In this document: positions 39,341-55,644 of the stretch, in pieces
How the letters are laid out: each line of letters begins with the position of its first letter
Position numbering within the stretch: the stretch's first letter is position 1
Source of the DNA: the human T2T-CHM13v2.0 reference genome, Homo sapiens
Reading direction: 5' to 3' (one strand)
DNA: 64,000 nucleotides
NCBI RefSeq assembly: GCF_009914755.1
Contig: NC_060942.1
The notes under the pieces: model-generated
The model's database searches: none
Seen by the model: only the letters and a program-made list of their open reading frames with translations
What the model was told of the DNA's origin: nothing
Translations under genes and position numbers: made by a program

Positions 39341-40919
39341 TTGTTTATAGAGATGTCTGACTTACTAATCAATTTAAATGCATCTGCGTTTTTCAGAAAA
39401 CAGAAAGGAACAATAAATACACTATATAAACACTGGGGGATAATGAGTCTCTCCCTTCCTCCCTCTCTTTGACATTCTTCTTCATTTGTCCCAAATTCAT
39501 CTTCTTTCTACCAAAATTCACCTAGGAAAAAAAATTGGGTTGATTCAACAAGATTACATTGACTATGAAGAGACAATAATTTTTTACCTTCCTTTTCTTG
39601 TTTTAAAAATAAGCTGTGATGCAGAAATCACATGATTTATTATAGATGATGGTAATCATGGATGATATGATATCTGAAATTAACAAAGGCTGTCGCAAAA
39701 AAAAAAAAAAACCTGCCTTGGTAGAAATTGATAAATTCCTTTCAATATGCTTTTTCTGCTATTCTAATTGCCCAGACCAATTCATCAATCCTAGAAGTTA
39801 TATTTGAATTGGTGGTAGTTACAGCAGTTTAAAGCACCTAAGAAATACTAATGAGAGATTGCTAGTGAGTATCCCTTTACCTCTCTAAAACAAAGAACAT
39901 ATATAGTATCTTAATTAGAAAGCAATCAGCAGCTTCAAGCTTTCTGGACTTGCACTGAACCTCTGTACTTCCTGCCTCTTCCCTCATTCTCAGGAGATGG
40001 CTTGGGCTTGAGAAGAGTCTGGAAATGTCAACTTTATGCCACGTAACATATGGACTGAATTGCGTCTCTGCTCTTTCTTTCCTTTGTGTCTTCTGCTTCA
40101 ATGTGGAAGTTGGTTCTTTCTTCTCTGTAAACCTAGTACCTCTCTCTGCCTTTCTCATCCTGTCCCCAGAGAGACCTTGTTTGCATTGATTAGCCCATTA
40201 TTTCTTTTTTCATTATTTCACTGTCATCTTGCTGTTTCCAGTTTTTCTTTTTAAACCTGCTTAGATCTTTCCTTCCTTAGCACATCTGCCAGCGTTGTCT
40301 ATACTGGTGTTTCAGGAACATTGGGGCCGTATGTGAAGACTCTTCAAAACATATTTTGTTTAGCTCTATGATTAGAAATTGAGATTCAGTAGAAATTATA
40401 TAAGTATTAGTAATCTTCCTTTTATTAATATACCCAGTGATTCTAAATGCAACTGATATATTAAATCAGCTGTCACTATCTCTATTTCTCAATTCCTATT
40501 CATTCCTTAGTAAACCTGCTCACTTGAACTTCCATTTCTTTTTAGCAGTTTTCTTGAGATAATAAACAGAATTTTTTCAGTCAGTCATTATGTTGTTTGA
40601 AAAATTAAAAAATACATTAAAATTGGAAAACTTTGTAGTGTTAACATTTAGAGAAGATGAATATTCAGAAGACTTTGAAAGAGCCAAAAGTATATCTGCA
40701 TAAATGTTGACTAAACTTTCCATCATTTAACTACTCTGGGAATAGAATTTTAAAAGGCTACTGGAGACTTGGAATAGTATGGCCAAGCACCTGTAGATTT
40801 TGGAACTGTAGCTATTTATGCATTAAAGTCACGCTGTGACAAAACCCGAAACAGGCCAGACATATGGCTGCTAGTCATAGATAGTGATTTGCAATAGTGA
40901 AAGGCAGAGCTGGTTCTTT

Positions 40920-42556
<1,637 letters not shown>

Positions 42557-43309
42557 CTAATTTTGGAAGACTTTATTTTATTCAGAGATGAATCATATGG
42601 TGTTTCTAAAAGAAATGACTTTAATAGCCAAACAAGCAGCAGGCATATATGTAACAGCTCTCTTGCCTGCATTGCTGGAGCCTGTGGTTAATTATTACCT
42701 ATTCCTGGACTTCTCACAATATCTTTGACACCTGGCTTCTCGATAGTTCTATGTAGGTGAATTCAAGGCACTTAAGTATCATGTTCTTTGATACACTTAG
42801 CCAGGGTTTGGTTTTGGTTTTGAGTTATACTCTTTAATGCTAAGAATCCAGATTTCACAAATGAGAAGATTACATTCCCCTTTTTATTTTTGATCAGATA
42901 TCTGCTGTGCTTCCTTCAAACTCTGACTGGCCTAATTTGTTGTCACCATTTATGTTGAATATTTCTCATGCATGCATTATCCCCTTTGGAACTTATTATT
43001 TCTTTATAACTATGTTCAACAGGTATTGGTTGAATTCTAGGATTCAGTAATGAACCAAAAGAGTCCTCATACATCCCCCGTTTGATTTGAGGGATGCTCT
43101 GGTTGTCATCATAAAAGTTTAACCTCGGTATAAAATGACATGAGACTACCAGTTTAGAAACTCTGTGTTTCTGGGGTTATTGTTCCGTGACTTGGTGGTA
43201 AGTTCTATATTTCTTTTCAGTCTTATTTGTAATCGGAACTCCTCTGAAAGCATGTGTTGTGTTTCATCTTCATGTTTAGTACTTTATCGGGAATAAACAT
43301 ACAGTACTT

Positions 43310-43590
43310 TCTGAAAGCTAGACATTGTTCTGCATCTATGTGTCTATACATGTTTATATATGTAATTTGATACGTTTAATCTTTACAACCATCAAATGGG
43401 GTGGATACTGTTGTTCTTATTTTATAGGTGAGGAAACTGAGGGGGTGGATACTGTTGTTCTTATTTTATAGGTAAGGAAACTGAGGCACAGACAAATCAA
43501 TTTACTTGGCCAAAGTCATCCAGCTAGTATGTAGCAGAATGAGTGTTCAAACCCAGACTGTTTGGCTTTGGAGTGTGCTCATAACTGCTA
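43310..43590 (-). mobile_element. MIR with internal 44-bp tandem duplication
   Basis: TTTAATCTTTACAACC...GAGGAAACTGAGGCACAG...TACTTGGCCAAAGTCA...TTCAAACCCAG; duplicate units 43398-43441 and 43442-43485. Confidence 0.85.
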
Positions 43591-43916
43591 CCATTCATGT
43601 GCATTTTGTGCATGTTTTTAATACATTTCGTGCATGTATTTCTACTAATTTAATGTATAACATATAATGGGACACACAACACTATTTGTATTGCAAAACC
43701 AACTTTCACTGAAAATGAGAAACACTTTCCCTAGACAATCACTATTAATGCATGGCATTTTTCACTCACAGAATCTTATATCTTTCTGTCTAAATATACT
43801 TAAATTGGGCATCATCGGACACACACGTTTGCACCTCTAGTCAAACAAGATTTTCACATCTGTTGTGAAATATTTTTTAAAGATAAAAGAAGTAATGGGC
43901 AAAGAAGAAATAAGAA

Positions 43917-44099
43917 GTGCCTGGGCTGAATTGTGTCTCTTTCCCACCCCCAGAAAAGCCCTAACCCTCAATGTGTTGGCATGTGAAGGTGGGGAAAATT
44001 GGGAGGTAATTTGAGTTAGATGAGATCATGAGTTTGGTGACTTTATAAGAAGAACAAGAACACATACTCTCTGTCTCTCTCTCTCTCTCTCTTTCTCTT

Positions 44100-44133
<34 letters not shown>

Positions 44134-44344
44134 TCATTCTCTTTCCCTGTTTCTCTGCCATGTGAGGACACAGTAAGAAGCAGCATTCTATGATTCAGGA
44201 GAAGGGCCTTTATCAGGAGTGTAATCTGCCAGCATCTTAATCTTAGGCTTCCAGCCTTCAGAACAGTGAGGAAAAAAAAAATGTCTGTTGTTTAAGCCAC
44301 CCAGTCTAGGATAATTTATTATAGCAGCCTGAGCTAACTAAGAC
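43917..44344 (+). mobile_element. MLT1A-type LTR with internal (TC)n
   Basis: GGGCTGAATTGTGTC...TTTAAGCCACCCAGTCTA...ATAGCAGCCTGAGCTAACTAAGACA. Confidence 0.82.
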
Positions 44345-44461
44345 AAGAAGGAAGAACAATAAAGAGTGACAGAGTTCTCACCGTACCAGGTCTCAAACCT
44401 ACTTCTTTCTTTTTGTTTTGTCTACAAAATGCCAAATAACTATGACTAAATCTTGAATGTC

Positions 44462-44727
44462 TTATATAGTTATATATACTTGAGTATATATATGTGTGTG
44501 TATATATGTGTGTGTGTATATATATATACAGATATAGATATGTGTATGTGTGTATATATAACAAGTATATATGTGTATATATGTGTTATGTGTTTACACA
44601 TGCACACACACATACACAGACAAGTGAATGTTTTGGTTGAACTTTGCAGTTTCATAAGAGCTATTAAATACTTTCTTTTACATTTATCGTTGTAGAATTT
44701 TTTAAACATTTAAAAACCTTAACACTA

Positions 44728-44762
<35 letters not shown>
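44462..44762. repeat. (TA/TG)n low-complexity region and (TG)n at 44730-44762
   Basis: Directly visible. Confidence 0.9.
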
Positions 44763-44764
<2 letters not shown>

Positions 44765-45354
44765 TTAAAGATTACTTCCCAGCTTGTTTTGCCATGGAAT
44801 GATATTCTGTTGTTTCTTAACATATACATTGTGTACTTGCATCTGTTAGTGTGTTGAATTGAGGAGCAGTTATAATACAACTGGATTGTGATGTCAATAA
44901 CTCCTTTAAGAAGTCATACTAATGATAATAAGTAACTAACTATGCTTTTTATTCAAAAGCCCCTCTAAGACCGACCAACTAGAATTAGAGGATTATATGT
45001 GCATTGAGATTGGTATTTATATAGTCAAAGAAAATATTTAGATTTTTCTCATATTGATCTATCATCTAGCACTAAGTAGTGGACTTAAAACACTTTTATT
45101 CTAAAATAATTCAGTGTATACCAAACACATAACCCAAATATCATAAAAGTCTGAAGAAATCCTAGCCACCTTTTAGTTAAAATAATCGATTGTTGATTTC
45201 TAGAAGTGTCTAGAAGTGTCAGCTTCTAGAATAACACTTACTGTTTTGGAGAGCTGCATAACAGAGCAAAAAAAAAAAAAGAAAGGAATTTTGGGGACTC
45301 AGCCACATCTTGGGTAAGTGCTGGACCTGTAGATGTGGCCTATTATCACCTTAA

Positions 45355-45654
<300 letters not shown>

Positions 45655-48600
45655 CCTAAAATTTTAAGTGTTAATATTTCTATGCTTACCATACCATCTG
45701 GGAGAAGAGATGAAGTCACGTGACCAAAAGAGCATCGAGCTTTTTTGCTGTATTTCGTGTGGTTTTCTACACCAAAAAATATTTATATAATTTAAAGATG
45801 TCTTTCTAATGTTACTGAATTACAGAGAGCAAAACACATGGACCAGAGTCAATACTACCCTTAGTGGGACTGAAGTTATACTTTTAACAGATTGGAAAGA
45901 TTCATCCAGAACCTGTTGTTACCAAATCATACAATAGTATGTGTGTTTGTGAATATGTTTGTATATTTGTGTGGGTATGTGTTTAGGAATGGAGAGCTTG
46001 GGTAGAGAAACATATGGTAAATAAGAAAGTAACTTTACAAATAGAAAGCAATAGTTAGCAGGACATAGATTAATGTTATTAAAAATGTCTCTTCTAAGTT
46101 TTCAATAGAATACAATAATGATATTTACAAAAATACTAAGGAAACACATGGAAAAGGTAGTTAAGTTTATCAATATTTGTTTGTTTTAAAAATTAACCTA
46201 AATTTTGAATGGCCTTAACCACTGGTAACTAAAGGGGAATCTGGAGTTGCCATGGCAGTGGGAATTAAAATCATTTCCTTTTCTACTGACTTTAGGCCAC
46301 TGATCTGTCATTCTCTGTGTTTTCAGTAGTTCTCTTCCTAAGGCTGGTGGTTGTACATTGCCCTTCACTCACAGAGGTAGTTTTGTTTATTTCACATTTT
46401 TAATCTTTTTTTTATACAGTCCTCTACATAATAATGAAAAATCTGCCTGTAAGTCTCAAAGCATTTAGACGTGCTTTGAATTAAGGATCCAAAACATAGT
46501 AATAATCTATTCTCAGAAGTTCTTAATACACTCTGCAGCAGGAGGATCCTATTTTGTTATGGACAGCATGCTGGTTTTGTTTTCCAAGTGTTTTAAACTC
46601 AAAAGAAAAAAATGTTAACTTCTTAAATAAAACTGGTCATCAACTGCTGTTCTCATCTGAATATAGTTTGTCTTAATTTAACAGACTTTATTATGATGGG
46701 TTTAGAATACTTTTTATTTAATGATTTTGTAATGTAGGATTTTCAGGACACAGATGCTATATTTTCACAGCAAGGGAAAATGATGTATTATTAGCCTGTT
46801 TCTTAGTAAAGTATATTATTTTGATAATTCAGAGAGACAGAACAATACTGGAAAATTTTCTGTAAAGCTGGTGATCTTGGTTAAAACTGTCTTTGTTGAT
46901 GCTGATTATGAAGCATGGTTGTAGAAAGACCAACTAGACAACAACCTTCATATGGTTGACTTTAGCCACCACCTCTAGCTGCTGCTGGCAATTTGTGTGC
47001 TCTCCCAAAGACTTCATGGTTGTGGCAAAGCAGCCTTTCCAAGCCTACTTTTAATGGAGTAACATCCTCCCTTAGATTTGAGGCTCAGGGAAATCACAGT
47101 ACATTATGTTGGTTCATGGTATCAGGGGCTGTGTGGAGCTGCCTATCATAATCCCTTGAAGAGCTTTGTTTTCTTGCCAGTTTCATGTCTTTGCCTCCTG
47201 GAGTCTGTGCAGCCTGCCAGGCTCCATCATTGCAGGTGTGTTCCAAGAGGAAACGTGGCACATCTGTTCAGGTACCAGTTCACAGCTTCCCCATCACTTA
47301 CTTTGCATTGGGCTGCTCTACATGGAATCTCATTGCAGCTTCAGCTGCCAGATGTACGATGATGACCCATGTGCTTGGGACCCATGTCTCCAGATGGTTC
47401 CATGAGGATAACCAGATAGGTCTCATTCTCAAAATATTCAAAGCTGAAATCATCTCTACCATGACCTCCACCAAACCTGCTTTTTCTTCTTTGCTCCCTA
47501 TTTACCTCTTTACCCAGCCTACAAACAGTTGTCTGGAAGTCATGCTAGCTTGTTCTCTCTCTTGACTCCTCCCTGCCTCATTCTAGGCATCCTATGGGCC
47601 TTTCTATCTTAGTTGGCTTAATCCAACCCTCTGTCATTTGGCATTGAACCAGTACAATTATTTTGAGTTTGGTCTCCTTGACTTCGAGGTCATATTCCTA
47701 CAATCTGTACCCTTTTCTTTTTAAAGAAAAGTGAGTGACATACACTCAGATTACTTTTGCTGGATTTTTTTTTAATCCAAAAAGAAAATCAGAATGTGTG
47801 ATTCTTTGCCTTAAGTTTGTGTAATGCCTCCCATTGACTGTAGTTTCCTCCTTTATAACATTTCCTTCCTAGCTTCCCCGAATATTGGCTGTGGACATTA
47901 TAATATGTAGTGGATGTAGGGCCTGCCAAGTAATAAAGGTGCATTTTTATCAATGTGGCAAAACTGCCAGCCCCTTTGCATGGTGCATGCTGCAGAATGT
48001 GCTGTTCAACCCTGGGTCTGCCCACGCTGCTCCTGCATTTGCAACCCTTGCTCCTCTCCAGCGCCTCCCAAGGCTCAGTTTCAATATCATTCCTCTGAAA
48101 TGTCTCGTGACAAAAACCTCCCTCATTCCTGAAGATGAACTCCTTGAGGGCCAGGAGGCTGTCTTGTGAATTTCTGAAATAATATGTGTGAAGTGCCTAG
48201 AATTGAGCCTGGTACAAGGAAGAAACTTCTTTCATTGATGAAATGCCATATCTCTGTCTCTATCTATATCTGTATCTCTATCTCTCTGTCTCTGTCTTTA
48301 GCTCTCTCTTTCTCTCTGTCTCTATCTATACTTATACCAAACCATCCACACCATTACTAGAAGGATCCATCTAAAATGTACTTCTCATTACAGCACTTCC
48401 CTACTTAAAAATCTCTCAAGTATCTCTTCAAAGCCTAGAGGATAAAATTGGGAGTCCTCAGTTTTTCTGGAAGGCCTGTGTGATCTGATTCTTGCTTAAC
48501 TCTCCACTCACTGCTCTATAAGGACCTGACCCAGATATCTCAAACTTTTGGCAGCTCTCTGGATGTGCCTCTCTTTATATACCGGGGATATACTTGGGCA

Positions 48601-48684
48601 TATGCCATTCTCAATATCTGTTCACCGTTTTTCTCATTCTACATATAATCCAGACATCAGCTCTGAGAAGGAGGTTCTAGGCAT

Positions 48685-48810
48685 TTAATCTGTATTATCT
48701 CATTTCATTTTCATCACTACGGGATGGGATAGTTATTACTGTAATTTCCAATTTCCAGTAGTTGAGGAAACTGAGGCACAAAAGTTTAAAATCGGCCTAG
48801 GGTCATATAA
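48685..48810 (-). mobile_element. MIR fragment
   Basis: TTGAGGAAACTGAGGCACAAAAGTTTAA...CCTAGGGTCATA. Confidence 0.7.
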
Positions 48811-49504
48811 CACTTTTTCCCCCAGATATTTAAAATTTTAAAGGCAGTGGCTGTGCCCTGTTAAAAATTAATAATTAAACTTTATGTAACTAACATATTT
48901 GTTAGATAAATGAAAACTCTAAGCCAAGTGGGTTGTCTGACAGCAGCTCCATCCTCACAATTTTGTATAAAGTCAATGAGCATTGCTGCTGTGTAAACTT
49001 TACACCCGACTTGCCAGAATGTGTCACGGTTGCAAAGCCTCCACTGCCCTTCTTCAGTCTGTTCCCAGTTTTGTGAATCCAAAGGTAGCCTAAGCACAAA
49101 ATGGTGTCAGGTTTCAGCTCTGAAATTTCCAACCATATGGACTCTACATGCACGTAGAGTCTTCCTGGGGGGCGACTGCTTCCTGTTATCTCTTAGAGAC
49201 TAGCAGCATGATTAATCCACGTGATATCAGTTGAACACAAAGAAAAAAATGCATGGCAGAGAGTCTTGTTAAAAGAACTGCATGCTGAGTTGAAAGAACT
49301 AAGTGCACAGCCATGCATGATACTAACTTTATTTGTATAAACTTATACTTTTGTCAGATATTTGAGACTCTGGATCATCATCCACAAAGCGGATGTAAAT
49401 TCCTTCTGCAATAGGCTCACAATTTTGTGGTGAGGTTGGGTGAGATGCACTTACAAGCTAGTCCTGGGATTTGAACATCGACATGGGTAGGAAGAAGCAT
49501 CTCT

Positions 49505-49757
49505 AGGTGAATTCAGCAACACTTAATGTTCTAAAAATGATTCACTGAATGATGAACTTGTCAAATGGCCCAATCACCACATTTACAAAATTTACTGACT
49601 TAACAAAAAGTTATTTATAATAGCTTTAACAAGATTGTTACTAACTTAAAAACAATGTTTTAACAGCTTTAATAAGAATATTCAGTTTACTAAATGCGAA
49701 ATGCACTTCTCTATTCTTGGCAAATCAGTAAATTGGTGAATTCAGCAAATTAGTCCT
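49505..49757. mobile_element. Possible MER53-like DNA transposon relic
   Basis: CpG-decayed sub-repeats (ATTCACTGAATGA / TTGGCAAAT..TTGGTGAATT) around an AT-rich core; family call from recall only. Confidence 0.35.
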
Positions 49758-52076
49758 ACTGCTGAGAAAATTCTTCTAACACCAGCAGGTTTGTGAATTT
49801 AAGCTCCAGGAGGATATGGAACACGTGTAAGTTGTTGAATGTTGTTTTCTTAATGCTCAGCAGTGTGCCTAAAACATAATTAATAGAATAAATCTTCATC
49901 GAATAAATTAATAAATGGGTCTGCATATGAGATTGTGGATGACTGCTGTGCAGAAACAGACTATAAAGAGAGCATCAATTATGCCAATCTTCAGGCCTAT
50001 AAAAATTTTGGTTAGCATTACCATTTTATTATATTTATAAGGTTATAATTATTTATAAGTTTGCATTTAAACATACTAGAATTAGGTGAGAGATGGCTCC
50101 TTGGAAGTTTATAAGAAAATGTAAACACAGGTTTCTAAGTTTAAGTAAATTTAGCAATGAATAATAGATTATTAAATAGGGGTTTCAATTCAGCACAAAT
50201 ATTTACCTAGAAAACTAGTAACTATTTTGAAATTTAAAAAAAAAGCCCACACACTTTCATATACATATTTAATCAGCCAGCATCATGGTTTAATCAGTAG
50301 CTGGTTGGACGTCAAAAAGAGAAAACAAATTTTATTTATGTGTTCCATAATTAGTCTCATTTTGATGTGAAGGACTGAATTGTTGATCAGACTTCTTAAA
50401 ATCACCATATTCCATGTGATTGTAATTGATGACACAGTTAGCTTCATTACCAAGACAAATTGTGAGCATTCTGAATAGTGCTTTATTTTGGATAATAAAG
50501 GGTTGTTTCAACCTAAAGAAAGCACTGTAGTTGAATGATACAATACCAAGTTGACTTTTAAGGTCTAACCTAGCCATGAAACATGAGAATTATCATTTCT
50601 TTTTTACAACCTCTAGTGAATTCAGATATACTTTATCAAATTGCCTAGTTTAGACAATGAGATATTTTATTGTGACAACTAAGAATAGATACATGGTTGT
50701 CTTCCTATTCTTAGATGCAGGACTTCATGCTTAATAAAAGTCCGTCTCCTTTAATTCAGTCTGTATACTTTCCTGATTTTGATGTGTCATGAACAATTAT
50801 GTATTTCTTTGAGGATAAAGATAAGCCAAAGCTATGAAAGGAAATATGTTTGGAGTATGAATGAGGTAAATATAATGATGGAAACAGAAGCTAAAGGATG
50901 AGAACTACCAAGAAAAGTAGATGTATATTCATTACCATATATGCTGTTATTTCTTATGCATATTCATCTATTTGGATACTCCTCAATTTTTAAATGTGGA
51001 TCTGGTCTCGAAGTTTTCATTTAAAAAATCTTGCTCCTTGGCATTGTAGGTCCAAGGCTTGACTCCTACCGTATAATAACAGTGTTAAAATCTCACTGAA
51101 ATTATGCTAACTACATGAGTTTAACCACTGTATATTTAGCACATCTTTACCATTCACTCACTGAGACTATATATAGTATATGCTATATAGTATGTATTAG
51201 ATACAGTGTGAAAATATATAAACCTATAATATATAAATTATTACATAATTACACATTAATCATATCTATTATTTATTACATACTATATATACATATACAG
51301 GTATGTCTAAATATATGTATATAAACTCAATGTAATTTAAGTATAAGTTCTGTAGTTTCATTAATGAATCCTCACATTTAATAATAAAGTAAATTGCACA
51401 CTCACAAAAAGAGCTTAATGTGTTGGTGGATGGGGATATCTTTGGTTCCAGGTGTTCTTTAGGTGCTTATTATTTTTAGGAAGCAGACTGCAGCTGAAAT
51501 TCTCTGAATTAATTTTATTCTGACTCCTCTTCTCTCCCAGGTATAAAATGGAGAGAGCTTTTCTTGAGGTGCCAATCACTTTGTGTTGTACACATAAGGC
51601 AGAAAGGCATTTCTGTGGCTCTTCAATCACAGTCCTTTCTGGGGAGGTCTGCTTTGAAAAAATCACTTTTTTTTCAACTTTTATTTTAGATTCAGGGGGC
51701 ACACATGCAGGTGTGTTACCTGGGTATATTGCATGATGCTGAGGTTTGAGGTACAAATCACCCCATCTCCCAGGTACTCAGCATAGTACCTGAGTTTTTC
51801 AACCCATGCCTTCCTTACTCCCTCCCCATCTGTAGTCTGCAGTATCTATTATTCCCATGTTTTTGTCCATGGGTACTAAACGTTTAGCTACCCCTTATAT
51901 GTGAGAACATGTGGTATTTGGTTTTCTGTTTCTGCATTAGTTTGCTTGGAGTGATGGCCTCCAGATGCATCCATGGTACTGCAAAGAACATGATTCCATT
52001 ATTTTTTATGGCTTCATAGTATTCCATGGTGTATATGTACCACATTTGTTTTATCCAGTCCACCATTGGTGGGCAC

Positions 52077-52449
52077 TGATAAGGTTTGGCTGTGTCCTCA
52101 CCCAAATCTCGTCTTGAATTGTAGTTCCCATAATCCTCACATGTTGTGGGAGGGACCTGGTGGGATGTACTTGAATCATTGGCTAGTTTCCCCCATGCTA
52201 TTCTTATGATAGTGAGCAAGTTCTCACAAGATCTGGTGGTTTTATTAAGGGCTTTCCCCTTCGCTCAGCTCTCATTCTCCTTCCTTCCGCCATGTGAAGA
52301 AGGACGTGTTTGCTTCCCCTTCTGCCATGATATTAAGTTTTCTGAGGCCTCTCCAGCCATTGGAACTGTGAGTCAGTTAAACCTCTTTCCTTTATAAATT
52401 ACACAGTCTCAAGTATGTCCTTATAGCAGTGTGAGAATGGACTAATACA
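52077..52449 (+). mobile_element. THE1C/D solo LTR, complete
   Basis: TGATAAGGTTTGGCTGTGTCC...GGACTAATACA; 5-bp TSD GGCAC at 52072-52076 and 52450-52454. Confidence 0.95.
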
Positions 52450-52712
52450 GGCACCTAGGTTGATTCATGTCTTTTCTATTGTGAATAGTGCCGCAAAGAA
52501 CATGCAAGTGCATGTGTCTTTTTGGTAGAATGATTTGTTTTCTTTTTGATGTATACCTAGTAATAGAATTGCTGGGTCAAAAGTAGTTCTGTTTGAAGTT
52601 CTTTGAGAAATTTCCAAACCACTTTCCACAGTGGCTAAACTAATTTACATTCCCACCAATAGTGTGTAAGCATTCCCTTTTCTCAACAGCCTGGACAGCA
52701 TCTATTGTTTGA

Positions 52713-53010
52713 TTTTTTTTTTTTTTTTTTGAGACGGAGTCTTGCTCTGTCACTTAGGCTGGAGTGCAGTAATATGATCTCGGCTCACTGCAACCTCTGC
52801 CTCTCAGGTTCAAGTGATTCTTCTGCCTCAGACTCCTGAGTAGCTGGGATTACAGGCACCTGCGACAACACCCAGCTAATTTTTGTGTTTTTAGTAGAGA
52901 TGGGGTTTCACCATATTGGCCAGGCTGGTCTCGAACTCCTGACATTGTGATCCACCTGCCTCGGCCTCCCAAAGTGCTGGGATTACAGGCGTGAGCCACC
53001 ACGCCCAGCC
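52713..53010 (-). mobile_element. AluS
   Basis: Full dimer inside the L1. Confidence 0.95.
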
Positions 53011-53347
53011 TGAATTTTTAATAATAGCCATTCTGACTGGTGAGAGATGGTATCTCATTGTGGTTTGATTTGCAGTTCTCTGATAATTAGTGATGTGGAG
53101 CATTTTTTCATATGTTTGTTGGCTGCTTGTATGACTTCTTTTGAGAAGTGTCTGTTCATGTCTTTTGCTCATATTTTAATGGGGTTATTGGTTTATTGCT
53201 TGTCAAATTATTTGTTTATTATAGATTCTGGATATTTGATCTTTGTGAGATGCATAGTTTGTGAATAGTTTGTGAATATTTTTTTCATTCTGTAGGTTGT
53301 TTACTTTATTGATAGCTTCTTTTGCTGTGCAGAAGCTCATTAGTTTT

Positions 53348-53658
<311 letters not shown>

Positions 53659-54011
53659 GAAGCTCTTTAGTTTTATTAGTTCCCACTTGTCAATTTTTGT
53701 TTTTGCTGCAATTGTTTTTGAGGCCTTAGTCATAAATGGAAGAATCAATTTAAAAAATTATCCACAGAAACCCTGAAGATTCTGTTGGCTTCGGGATGTG
53801 TGTACCTTTTAATCTTGATGTCACATCTTAGCTCTTGGTGCAAACTTTATATGATAATTTGACAAGGTTATTTTTTTCACCTATTTAATTTTATGTGTGG
53901 TGAACTGTGTTCTTTCAAAGAAAACAACTAATTGAATAGGTTGAGATCAGACAGACTAAAATCTTCATTTTTATTTCTAGTAGACACTAGTAGATCAGCC
54001 TTGGTATTATA

Positions 54012-54325
54012 CAATCATGTATTGCCTAATGACCGGGATGAGTTCTGAGAAATGTTTCATAGAGAGCACTTACACAAACCTAGATGGTATAGCTTATTAC
54101 ACATCTAGGCTTTATGATATAGCCTACTGCTCCTAGGCTACAAACCTGTACAGTATGTTACTGTACTGGATACTGTAGGCAATTGTAACACAATAGTAAA
54201 TATTTGTGTATCTGAGCATATCTAAACCTAGAAAAGGAATTTTTCAGCTCCATGATAATCTTATGGGGTACTGTTCTATATGCAGCCCATCATTAAGTAA
54301 AACGTCGTTATGCGGCACATGTCTG
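54012..54325 (+). mobile_element. Tigger3 (Golem) non-autonomous DNA transposon
   Basis: CACTTACACAAACCTAGATGGTATAGC...CTCCTAGGCTACAAACCTGTACAG; termini CAATCATG / CATGTCTG with TA flanks. Confidence 0.88.
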
Positions 54326-54459
54326 TATATTTATACGTATGTCTCACTTTAGCTCATTTTAGCTTCCTGAGAAAACTAATCTGTTTTTTTAATGCCAACT
54401 TGCACATTAACCTTGAAGATGTCTTTAAGGAGTGGCAATTCTGAGTGTTAAGTTGTCAA

Positions 54460-54660
54460 AGTGTGGCATAATGGTTAAGAATGACAGTTCTTAAGTACAA
54501 TGCCCGAGTTCACGCTCTCCACTAACTAGCTCTGTGACCTTGGGAAAGTTAATGATTGTCTTTGTGGCTCAATTTTCTAACCTGCAAAATAGGGATTACA
54601 TCAAAATGGATTTTAAAATGTTTAGAGTCCCTGGGATATCAGTATAAGTTCAGTGTCAGC
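54460..54660 (+). mobile_element. MIR
   Basis: GTGTGGCATAATGGTTAAGA...CCACTAACTAGCTCTGTGACCTTGGGAAAGTT. Confidence 0.75.
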
Positions 54661-55644
54661 TACTACTACTGCTGCTCTAGTACTACTATAATTATGCTGT
54701 TATTATGACTATCATAATCATCACCATCACAATTGGCATAATGATTTAGCCAGAATTAATTTTGCTTTTCAAGGCTGTATTTATTACAATGCTTTGCAAC
54801 CCTAACAGCAAATAAGAATCAACCCAGGGAAAGTTCCAAATACAGCGATAGCTGGATCCCATCCCCAGAACAATTAAAGCAGATATTCTGAAAGTGGAAA
54901 ATGGATGTTGGTTTCAAATGTGCATCTAGCATGGAGAACACCTGATCCATAGGAAACTTAGCCTCACAGCCCCTACTTTTAGCTTCAGTGTGCTTTGTTT
55001 TCTCTTTGCCTCAACAACAAATTCATAACTACACCTCTGCAGTTTTTATCTAATCTTAAAATCTAAGGTTTCAAGATACCTTTGTTTAATACTTTATCTG
55101 TTTTTCTGAAAGATATACATTTAAAATCCTTTAAAAACTCAAATTTATCCCAGACCTACCTGGAGCCTAATTTACTCCTCCACCATCTGGGTGATTCATG
55201 GTTCATGAACTAAAAACTCTTTTGCCAGCCTCTGAGTTTGTTTGCTTTTGTTCCTTCTTCTGTGTTCACACTGCCTCGTTCCAGCTCTAGATCATCCCAA
55301 CCTGTTTCCTCCATACCTTACTTTTCTCCAATTTAGAAAATCACAAATGTATGACCTCCGGTCACCTACTGAGATGACGACAGGTTTCCAGTTGATTCTT
55401 TAGTGTTTTTTGAGGACAGATGACTTTCTTATTTTCCTAGTTGCCACTGAAGATTCATCATTCGGTCTGGCTGCCGCATCCTCCTCAAAAAACACACTCC
55501 AAGAAAAAAACTACTACTCATGCTCTTTCTCCTGCTATTAAGAAAATAATAATAGCAATAATAATAATAGTAAAAATGTGAAAACTTAATATGTGCTAAG
55601 CACAATTGTACTATATTCCATGTAACCTGTCATTATAAAAAATC

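Noticed and set aside
53737-53765. GGAAGAATCAA after the L1 5' end as a tiny inverted L1 piece
   Set aside because: Only ~11 nt match and the TSD is too degenerate to support it
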